Source: a bacterium
GTDB taxonomy: Bacteria; Arandabacterota; Arandabacteria; Arandabacterales; JALGWA01
Assembly (NCBI GenBank): GCA_050125095.1
Contig: JASFEA010000067.1
Location: 1 to 17,793, forward strand
Direction: 5' to 3'
DNA: 17,793 nt
Shown here: one piece after another, positions 9,488 through 16,048 of the stretch
Position numbering within the stretch: position 1 is the stretch's first letter
Layout of the letters: each line of letters begins with the position of its first letter
Translations under genes and position numbers: made by a program
Notes under the pieces: model-generated
What the model saw: only the letters and a program-made list of their open reading frames with translations
What the model was told of the DNA's origin: nothing
Databases searched by the model: none

Positions 9488-9500
9488 TAACAACTAGTTA
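9488..9500 (+). promoter_or_regulatory. IHF-like binding site (proximal)
   Basis: TAACAACTAGTTA, one mismatch to WATCAANNNNTTR, with upstream ATTTTATTT tract; lies between the UAS and the -24/-12 promoter. Confidence 0.6.
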
Positions 9501-9532
9501 GCGATGCAAAAAACTCGGCCTTTTTCCCGCGC

Positions 9533-9548
9533 GGGAACGGAAGTTGCC
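9533..9548 (+). promoter_or_regulatory. sigma54 (-24/-12) promoter
   Basis: gGGAACGgaagTTGCc: GG at 9534-9535, exactly 10 nt, GC at 9546-9547; resembles the consensus TGGCACG-N4-TTGC. Confidence 0.72.
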
Positions 9549-9596
9549 TTTATATAGGGTGGAAGTGTGATCGGGAGCACGAAAAGGAGGGTTTTT

Positions 9597-9824
9597 ATGG
9601 TCAAGAAGAGCTTGGTATTGTTCCTCATATTGAGCTTTGTGACCGCATTGACTTTGTTAACGCTCACAAATGCTTGCTGGGCGGATGACGACGCTGCCGG
9701 GGAAGGTGGGGATCCCGGCCAGATCAATCCGAGCTGCGAGCCTGTCACCCCGACACCAATCATCCTCAAGTTATTCTGGTACGCGGTTGGTTTGGTAGCG
9801 GGGAGTCTTGCTGCCATGCTGTAA
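9597..9824 (+). CDS. 75-aa small exported protein with signal peptide, short acidic segment and C-terminal hydrophobic helix
   Basis: Strong RBS AAGGAGG ahead of ATG 9597, preferred over GTG 9567. MVKKSLVLFLILSFVTALTLLTLTNACWA|DDDAAGEGGDPGQINPSCEPVTPTP-IILKLFWYAVGLVAGSLAAML. Confidence 0.8.
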   Translation: MVKKSLVLFLILSFVTALTLLTLTNACWADDDAAGEGGDPGQINPSCEPVTPTPIILKLFWYAVGLVAGSLAAML

Positions 9825-9883
9825 ACCGGAATAGAGCCCAGGGGCAGGGTGGTGGTGTTGGGGTGCCGGGAGGTTGAGGTGAG

Positions 9884-10603
9884 ATGACAAGCAGTGATCC
9901 GAGGATGCAGCCAGTGCTGGACCTTATGAGGAAGGCCGCGGAATGCTCGGCGAATGTCCTTGTCGAGGGTGAAAGCGGGGTGGGCAAAGCCTATTGTGCC
10001 CGCCGGATCCATGAGGCTTCGGCTCGCAGCGAAATGGCCTATGACAGCATCTTCTGCGTGCCTGAGACGCGCGCAGGGGGTGAGGGCAGGAGAATCCTGG
10101 CCCGTCTCCAGGCCGCAGAGCGGAAGTGGGGAAGCATTTATGTACGGGGCGTCGACCTGCTCGATGCCGTCAGCCAGCGTATGCTGCTGGCCTATCTTGA
10201 TTGTAGAGAGGACAGGATCGCCTCCTGCAGGGATCAGGGCTCTTGGGCAAGGCTCATTTTTTCGAGCCAGAAGGACCTATTAGAGGAGTCAAGATCGGGG
10301 CGCTTCTTAAGCCAGCTCTACATGAGGATTTCGGTTGTGAGAATCAGGATCCCGCCCTTGAGGCAAAGGGACGCCGACATAGTGCCACTCGCCAGGTACT
10401 TCGTCGGGCTCTATTCGAAGCGGGAGTCCAAGCGAATCAGCAAGCTGAGTCGCGAGGCCGAGGCGATGCTTCGCCGGTCGGCATGGGATGGAAACATTCA
10501 TGAACTAAAGAATGTTCTTAATCGTGCTGTGGTCATGGCTAACGACGGGGACTCACTCGGCCCGCGCGATCTCAGCCTGGTATTACGACGCGCAAACACC
10601 TGA
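9884..10603 (+). CDS. Stand-alone degenerate sigma54-activator AAA+ domain protein (no sensor domain, no GAFTGA loop, no HTH)
   Basis: RBS GAGGTG; ANVLVEGESGVGK Walker A, RIHEASAR, GRFLSQLYMRISVVRIRIPPLRQR, WDGNIHELKNVLNRA; in-frame stop at 9875-9877 prevents an N-terminal extension. Confidence 0.85.
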   Translation: MTSSDPRMQPVLDLMRKAAECSANVLVEGESGVGKAYCARRIHEASARSEMAYDSIFCVPETRAGGEGRRILARLQAAERKWGSIYVRGVDLLDAVSQRMLLAYLDCREDRIASCRDQGSWARLIFSSQKDLLEESRSGRFLSQLYMRISVVRIRIPPLRQRDADIVPLARYFVGLYSKRESKRISKLSREAEAMLRRSAWDGNIHELKNVLNRAVVMANDGDSLGPRDLSLVLRRANT

Positions 10604-10659
10604 GTTCTTGACATTGAATTGGCGTCGGCGAGGGACATGGGTGTTCGCAGGGAGGACAA

Positions 10660-11052
10660 GTGTCCGAGCGTGACCAGATCGAAGAGTTAATGCACTTTCT
10701 TCTGGCGAACGTGCTGGTCAATTCACTTGAAAAGGACGGATTCGAAGTCAGGGCGGACCATATCGGTGGTCTCCGGGGCGCTCCTACGCCGGTCGATGGT
10801 CTGACCCCTGACATCGAAGCCGTCAAGGGTGATGAGACCAGGCTGATCGAGGTCGAGACCCCGTCGACCGTTGGGAGCGATGAAGCCAGGAAGCAGATCG
10901 CGGCCTTCGCGGGAAAGCCGGGAGTCAAGGCCTACCTGGCCGTTCCCTATGACAGTGTCGACGAAGCCCGCAAGCTCAGGGATGAGCTCGGGGTCGAGTT
11001 CAACATCATCCCCTGTTATCCCTATGTGAACTCCATCGGTACACCCGAGTAG
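10660..11052 (+). CDS. Small hypothetical protein with PD-(D/E)xK-like (restriction endonuclease-like) motif
   Basis: RBS GGAGGA before GTG; TPDIEAVKGDETRLIEVET followed by the helix EARKQIAAF and the strand AYLAVP. Confidence 0.7.
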   Translation: MSERDQIEELMHFLLANVLVNSLEKDGFEVRADHIGGLRGAPTPVDGLTPDIEAVKGDETRLIEVETPSTVGSDEARKQIAAFAGKPGVKAYLAVPYDSVDEARKLRDELGVEFNIIPCYPYVNSIGTPE

Positions 11053-11055
11053 GCG

Positions 11056-11082
11056 GCGCGGAGCGGGGAAGCCCGCCTGCGC
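11056..11082 (+). terminator. GC-rich hairpin directly after the stop codon (possible terminator or stabiliser, no U tract)
   Basis: GCGCGG-A-GCGGG GAAG CCCGC-CTGCGC. Confidence 0.35.
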
Positions 11083-11097
11083 GGGACAGGAAGTCCA

Positions 11098-11151
11098 GGG
11101 GTCTGGCCCCAGCAGCTCGCTCCGGAAGCTCGTTTAATGGGGTCAGGCCCC
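11098..11151. repeat. Pair of 13-bp near-palindromes GGGGTC(T/A)GGCCCC (REP/STIR-like)
   Basis: GGGGTCTGGCCCC 11098-11110 and GGGGTCAGGCCCC 11139-11151; same GGGGTCAG core as the reverse complement of the 4138-4205 repeats. Confidence 0.65.
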
Positions 11152-11319
11152 CTTATGTCCGCATCCCGGTGTTGCGTGGAATCCGGCTCAGGCGATGTCG
11201 GACGACTTCGAGCGGCGATGGGCGCCGCTGTCAAGCCATTGACATCCCTCGCGATCTTAGGGAGAGTATTTCCAGGAGGAGTCCCCCGAGTTTCGGTTCA
11301 AAACCGGGAGGGCCCGTCT

Positions 11320-12606
11320 ATGGAAGGCACCAGCACGTCACTCGTAAGAATTCTTCACGGCACCGCTGGCAGAGGCGGTCGCCGGACCGCACTATTGGGA
11401 GCGCTGTCAATGCTCTATCTGGCAGCCTCCATCTTCTCCGGCTGCGGCGATGGGGCATCGACAGGTCCGGGCGATCAGGAAAAGGCCTGGACTTTCATGT
11501 TCTATGACCAGGCGGATGCGCCCCTGGGCTCATATGATCCAATGGAGGACTTCTGCAGAAGGGTCGCCTCGGGCTCCAGCGTGGACTTCGTCGTGCTCAG
11601 GGACACCAACGGAGACTCGGCAAGAATCTGGCACGTGACGGACGCACATATTCCTGCTCTCTGCAAAGAACTCGGTGAAGTCAACATGGGAGACGGCCAC
11701 ACCCTTTTCGACTTCATCGATTACTCCAAGACGCACTATCCCGCCCGGAGGTATGTGCTGGCGTTCTACGGCCACGGCGGGGGATGGCGGGGCGCATGCT
11801 TCGACCGCTCGAGCCAGTACGACGCTCTTACAATGGATGAAATATCGTGGGCGGTGGGGAATGCCGGCGGCGTGGACCTCACTGTTTTCACCAGCAACTG
11901 CTTCATGGGGGCGGTGGAGTCGGCCTATGAGCTGAGGAACTGTACGGACATATACGTGGGCAGTGAGAATTACTGCGGCTATGCGTTCTGGGACGCTCCC
12001 ATGGAAGACATCTGCAATGCGATGCATGCAGATCCGGACATGTCCAGTGAGGAACTCGCGCGTTTCATTGTCGATGCGGTCTGGGCTCGCAGGGACATAT
12101 GGGTCGAGGAGGACTGGTATCAGAATCTCACGGTGAGCGCGGTCTGGGCGGACAGTCTTGCCTCGCTGGTCCAAGCGCTTGATGAAGTCGCAGGCGATTA
12201 CCTCTCATGCCCCGCCAGGCTGCACGCCAGAATCAGCTGGGTCTATTCTGCCATTTGCATGTTTGGAGAAGAAGTGGTCGACGTATATCATCTGGCGCAC
12301 TGCCTGCTGAAGGTGGAGGACTGTGACAGCACCCGGACGAGGCTCGAGACCGTCAAGGAGCGGCTCTTGGACTGCGTTCTAGCCGAACGCCACGATCCCG
12401 TCTGGAGCGCGTATGGCCTGACTGTGCTCCTGCCTTACAAGTCCGAGTATGGCTACTACTGCCCCGAATACGGCGCTCCCGAAACGGCTCTGGATTTCGC
12501 CGAGGACACGCGTTGGGACGAGTTGCTCGCGGCCTATCCCTATGATTTCCCGGATGTGCCGCTCCAGGGTCCACCGGCCAGTATCCCCGTGGCCACCGGT
12601 CCCTGA
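11320..12606 (+). CDS. Clostripain-family (C11) cysteine peptidase, predicted lipoprotein
   Basis: RBS GGGAGG before ATG 11320, preferred over 11137; hydrophobic stretch then IFSG|C lipobox-like site; KAWTFMFYDQAD, GEVNMGD, YPARRYVLAFYGHGGGW (catalytic His), NCFMGAVESAYEL (catalytic Cys), YVGSE. Confidence 0.88.
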   Translation: MEGTSTSLVRILHGTAGRGGRRTALLGALSMLYLAASIFSGCGDGASTGPGDQEKAWTFMFYDQADAPLGSYDPMEDFCRRVASGSSVDFVVLRDTNGDSARIWHVTDAHIPALCKELGEVNMGDGHTLFDFIDYSKTHYPARRYVLAFYGHGGGWRGACFDRSSQYDALTMDEISWAVGNAGGVDLTVFTSNCFMGAVESAYELRNCTDIYVGSENYCGYAFWDAPMEDICNAMHADPDMSSEELARFIVDAVWARRDIWVEEDWYQNLTVSAVWADSLASLVQALDEVAGDYLSCPARLHARISWVYSAICMFGEEVVDVYHLAHCLLKVEDCDSTRTRLETVKERLLDCVLAERHDPVWSAYGLTVLLPYKSEYGYYCPEYGAPETALDFAEDTRWDELLAAYPYDFPDVPLQGPPASIPVATGP

Positions 12607-12656
12607 AGGTGGCGGCGCTGCGGACGGCGGTGTCCTGACCCGGCCTGAGAAATCCC

Positions 12657-12690
12657 TGCCAGATTTCAGCTAGAACCTGCCACATTGGCA
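12657..12690. promoter_or_regulatory. Putative activator sites upstream of dnaK
   Basis: TGCCAgatTTCAG 12657-12669 and palindromic TGCCAcatTGGCA 12678-12690, 21 bp apart (two helical turns), about 100-130 bp upstream of the -24 element. Confidence 0.55.
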
Positions 12691-12737
12691 TGGGAAGCCG
12701 CTCAATGCATGCGCTGGCCCGAAGGGTCGAATCTGTT

Positions 12738-12750
12738 TAACCGGTTGATA
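12738..12750 (-). promoter_or_regulatory. IHF binding site
   Basis: Minus strand TATCAACCGGTTA, an exact match to WATCAANNNNTTR with adjacent A/T tract, between the putative UAS and the sigma54 promoter. Confidence 0.75.
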
Positions 12751-12789
12751 AATAAATCTTTATGCTGACGATATGAGCCATAAGGGCAC

Positions 12790-12805
12790 TGGCACAACGA
12801 TTGCA
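12790..12805 (+). promoter_or_regulatory. sigma54 (-24/-12) promoter of dnaK
   Basis: TGGCACAACGATTGCA, a near-perfect match to TGGCACG-N4-TTGCW. Confidence 0.88.
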
Positions 12806-12889
12806 TTGGATAACAAGCGGAACCAAGATAACGCAAATTCGGGCCGGTCCGCACTCATGCGGGCCTTGGCCGCTAAGGAGGAGATGAAA

Positions 12890-14827
12890 ATGGGTAAGAT
12901 CATCGGAATCGATCTGGGTACCACAAACTCATGTGTCGCGGTTATGGAGGGCGGCGAGCCTACCGTGATTACCAACCAGGAGGGAAGCAGGGTAACGCCG
13001 TCTGTAGTCGCTTTCACCAAGACGGGCGAGAGGCTGGCCGGGCTTACCGCCAAGCGGCAGGCCATTACCAACCCTCAGAACACCGTTTACTCCATCAAGC
13101 GGTTCATGGGCAGGAAGTTCGGCGAGGTTGAGTCGGAGATAGGCGAAGTGCCGTATGAGGTCGTTCAGGGCCCCAACGGTGACGCCAGGGTCAAGGCGGG
13201 CGGCAAGGAGTATTCGCCTCCCGAGATCTCGGCCATGATTCTACAGAAACTGCGCCAGACGGCTGAGGACTATCTCGGCGAGAAGGTGACGGACGCGGTC
13301 ATAACCGTGCCCGCTTACTTCAACGACTCCCAGCGTCAGGCGACAAAGGACGCAGGCAAGATCGCGGGGCTCAACGTCAAGCGAATCATCAACGAGCCGA
13401 CGGCGGCTTCGCTCGCCTACGGCCTTGATAAGAAAGCCAAGGATGAGAAGATCGCCGTGTACGATCTCGGCGGCGGCACGTTCGACATCTCGATTCTCGA
13501 GATAGGGGACGGCGTCTTCGAGGTTCGTGCGACCAACGGCGACACCCATCTCGGCGGCGACGACTTCGACCAGCGCATAATCGACTGGCTTGCAGAGGAA
13601 TTCAAGAAAGAGCAGGGAATCGATCTCAAGAGCGATCCCATGGCGCTGCAGCGCCTCAAGGAAGGCGCCGAACGCGCCAAGTGCGAGCTTTCGAGCGCGC
13701 AGGAGACGCAGATCAACCTGCCGTTCATCACGGCCGACGCCAACGGTCCCAAGCACCTTAACATCACGCTCTCGCGCTCCAAGCTCGAGCAGCTTGTGGA
13801 TGACCTGGTAGAGAGGACGGTGGGGCCCTGCAGGAAGGCGCTCGAGGACGCCAAGCTGAGCCCGAGCGATATCGACGAGGTCATCCTAGTCGGCGGGCAG
13901 ACCAGAATGCCGGCGGTGCAGGAAGCCGTTAAGAAGATCTTCGGCAGGGACCCTCACAAGGGCGTCAATCCCGACGAGGTCGTGGCCATAGGCGCGGCCA
14001 TTCAGGGCGGCGTGCTCGCGGGCGAAGTGAGAGACGTGCTGCTTCTCGATGTTACCCCGCTCTCCTTGGGCATCGAGACCATGGGCGGCGTCTTCACGAG
14101 GCTGATCGAGCGCAACACGACCATTCCTTCGAGGAAGTCGGAGATATTCACGACGGCCGCCGACAGCCAGCCGGGTGTCGAAGTTCACGTGCTCCAGGGC
14201 GAGCGCGAGATGGCCGCAGGCAACAAGTCAATAGGCAAGTTCCATCTGACCGGGCTGCCGCCCGCCCCGAGGGGTGTTCCGCAGATTGAAGTTACATTTG
14301 ACATTGACGCGGACGGGATATTAAATGTATCCGCCAAGGACCTCGCGACGGGTAAGGCTCAGTCGATCAGGATCGAGGCTTCGAGTGGACTTACCGAGCA
14401 GGAAATAGATAAAATGGTAAAGGACGCCGAAGCTCACGGTGCTGACGACAAGCGCAGGCGCGAGGAGGTCGAAGCAAAGAATCGAGCCGACCAGCTCGTC
14501 TATGAGACCGAAAAGAATCTCAAGGAGATGGCCGACAAGGTTTCTGCTGATGACCGGGCCAAGGTTGAGGCGGCCATAAGCCGCACCAGGCAGGCTCTCG
14601 AGGGTGACAACATCGAGGAGCTCAAAGCCTCGACGGACGCTCTCATGCAGGTGGCCGGGCAGGCTGCACAGGCCGCATATCAGCAGGCGGCGGGCGCCGG
14701 CGCCGGTCCGGGCGCCGGTCCGGGCGCGGGCCCGGGGCCGCAGGCCGGTCCTGCGGGAGGAGCCGACGAGCAGGCGCAAGGCGGCCGGGACGAAGCTGTC
14801 GATGCCGACTACGAAGTCGTGGACTGA
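12890..14827 (+). CDS. dnaK: Molecular chaperone DnaK (Hsp70)
   Basis: RBS AAGGAGGA, then [60 protein letters not shown]-terminal DADYEVVD. Confidence 0.99.
   Translation: MGKIIGIDLGTTNSCVAVMEGGEPTVITNQEGSRVTPSVVAFTKTGERLAGLTAKRQAITNPQNTVYSIKRFMGRKFGEVESEIGEVPYEVVQGPNGDARVKAGGKEYSPPEISAMILQKLRQTAEDYLGEKVTDAVITVPAYFNDSQRQATKDAGKIAGLNVKRIINEPTAASLAYGLDKKAKDEKIAVYDLGGGTFDISILEIGDGVFEVRATNGDTHLGGDDFDQRIIDWLAEEFKKEQGIDLKSDPMALQRLKEGAERAKCELSSAQETQINLPFITADANGPKHLNITLSRSKLEQLVDDLVERTVGPCRKALEDAKLSPSDIDEVILVGGQTRMPAVQEAVKKIFGRDPHKGVNPDEVVAIGAAIQGGVLAGEVRDVLLLDVTPLSLGIETMGGVFTRLIERNTTIPSRKSEIFTTAADSQPGVEVHVLQGEREMAAGNKSIGKFHLTGLPPAPRGVPQIEVTFDIDADGILNVSAKDLATGKAQSIRIEASSGLTEQEIDKMVKDAEAHGADDKRRREEVEAKNRADQLVYETEKNLKEMADKVSADDRAKVEAAISRTRQALEGDNIEELKASTDALMQVAGQAAQAAYQQAAGAGAGPGAGPGAGPGPQAGPAGGADEQAQGGRDEAVDADYEVVD
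14693..14740 (+). repeat. Coding low-complexity repeat (GAGP)n in the DnaK C-terminal tail
   Basis: ggcgccggtccg 12-mer units encoding [16 protein letters not shown]. Confidence 0.7.
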
Positions 14828-14879
14828 GGCATCTAATCGACGGCTCCCGGTACGGACAGCTGAATAGCAGTGAGGTCAG

Positions 14880-15242
14880 ATGATGGAATGTCCTACCTGC
14901 GGGAGGACGATCGAGGGCGATACCTGTCCCTACTGCGGGGAGGAAGGATCGCTCGTCGATGCTCCGGAGACCGGATCCATTCCCAGCGAGGCGACCTCGG
15001 AGGTCTACACTTGCGACCACCAGTGGCAGGCTGATTTCATAATCAGCCTGCTCGAGTCTGAGGGGATCCCGGCCTACCAGGGGCCGAGTTCAACTCTCAG
15101 CGGGCTCGAGTTCCCGCCGGTGGAGACCTCGGGCGGCATATCGATTTACGTCGACGATGAGGATGCCGACCGGGCGACGGAGATCATCGAGTCCTCCAGG
15201 GAAGAGCTGGAGGAAGAAGCGGAAGAAGAGGAAGACGAGTAG
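14880..15242 (+). CDS. Zinc-ribbon plus DUF2007-like (putative prokaryotic signal-transducing) protein with acidic tail
   Basis: CPTC...CPYC; EVYTCDHQWQADFIISLLESEGIPAY...ISIYVDDEDADRATEII; poly-Glu C-terminus; RBS GAGGT. Start may be 14880 or 14883. Confidence 0.78.
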   Translation: MMECPTCGRTIEGDTCPYCGEEGSLVDAPETGSIPSEATSEVYTCDHQWQADFIISLLESEGIPAYQGPSSTLSGLEFPPVETSGGISIYVDDEDADRATEIIESSREELEEEAEEEEDE

Positions 15243-15250
15243 GGCGCCTC

Positions 15251-15955
15251 TCAATCTCTCCTCGTTGTCTCGAGGTTGAGAGGCAGCTCTATCCATGCTT
15301 CCACGGGTTCGGTCCCCCGCCGCGCCGGGCGGAAGCGGAACTGCATCGCCGCTTCCATTATCCGGTCATAGACCCTGCGGTCCGCGGGGGCGTTCGATAT
15401 TACAACCTCAAGAGGCCGCCCCCACTTGCTCACCAGAATCTGAAGCGTTATGGTCAGGTCCTCGAGGTCGAGATTTTCAACGGACGGCGGCACTATGAGA
15501 CTGGGCACCGGCGGGTAGAACCTGGGCTCTTCGACTACGAGGACACCGTCATCTCCGCCTCTGCCGGGAACGTCGTCGATCCGGTCCCCCTCTCCCGTGG
15601 GCTCGGGCCCCGCAGCTCCTCCGGCCGGTTCGGGCCGGTCCGGCGCGTCTCTTTCTTCGGGAGTCACGGTCTCCCTCAGGCGTTCCACGTACTCGGCCTC
15701 GGCCTCAAGAGGGGCGACTTCCACCTTGGGATTGGTGAGTAACTCCACCTGGGGCTCGGCTTCATCGATATAGATCACGTGGATGGCGAATTGTTCGAAA
15801 TTGGGCATGAGATCCGACGGCGGCCCCGAGCTCTCGGGCGACGTGCTCGGGAATAGAACCTCGTACATGCGCCCGGGAAGCAGCAGTATGGCCATATGCA
15901 GAATGACCGCGAGGACTATGTACTTCCACGGGGATGTGGTCTTCCTTCTTTTCAT
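15251..15955 (-). CDS. TonB-like energy transducer family protein
   Basis: N-terminal TM IVLAVILHMAILLL (conserved His), Pro/Glu-rich linker, C-terminal LQILVSKWGRPLEVVI...MEAAMQFRFRPARRGTEPVEAWIELPLNL resembling the TonB C-terminal domain. Confidence 0.75.
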   Translation of the reverse strand: MKRRKTTSPWKYIVLAVILHMAILLLPGRMYEVLFPSTSPESSGPPSDLMPNFEQFAIHVIYIDEAEPQVELLTNPKVEVAPLEAEAEYVERLRETVTPEERDAPDRPEPAGGAAGPEPTGEGDRIDDVPGRGGDDGVLVVEEPRFYPPVPSLIVPPSVENLDLEDLTITLQILVSKWGRPLEVVISNAPADRRVYDRIMEAAMQFRFRPARRGTEPVEAWIELPLNLETTRRD

Positions 15956-16048
15956 GAGCGCTGCCTTCTATCAGAACGGCGCTTTATCGAGCTCGACCTT
16001 CTATGGGTGTGCCCCCTTACAGGTGCGCACTTTAATGGATGCGACCTT

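Noticed and set aside
9657-9680. Lipoprotein lipobox in the micro-protein (TNAC)
   Set aside because: Poor match to [LVI][ASTVI][GAS]C; signal peptidase I cleavage after CWA fits better.
9494-10012. 172-aa minus-strand ORF
   Set aside because: Antisense to the promoter, the micro-protein and the AAA-domain gene, all of which have better signals; no recognisable motifs.
10608-10640. sigma70 promoter from TTGACA at 10608
   Set aside because: No acceptable -10 hexamer at 16-18 nt spacing.
10604-10690. Frameshifted or read-through HTH for the dead activator
   Set aside because: Reading past the stop gives no Fis-like HTH, and the next gene starts at 10660 with its own RBS.
11137-11319. N-terminal extension of the clostripain ORF
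   Set aside because: It runs through repeat and regulatory DNA; ATG 11320 has an RBS and places the signal peptide near the N-terminus.
4032-12606. Integrase-type genomic island or prophage inserted in tRNA-Lys
   Set aside because: No integrase or phage genes, and I found no duplicated tRNA 3' end (att site) in the window.
12773-12889. N-terminal extension of DnaK given by the ORF track
   Set aside because: It spans the sigma54 promoter and RBS; the conserved start is [10 protein letters not shown] at 12890.
12760-14779. Long antisense ORFs opposite dnaK
   Set aside because: Well-known shadow ORFs caused by codon bias in GC-rich dnaK genes; no independent RBS or motifs.
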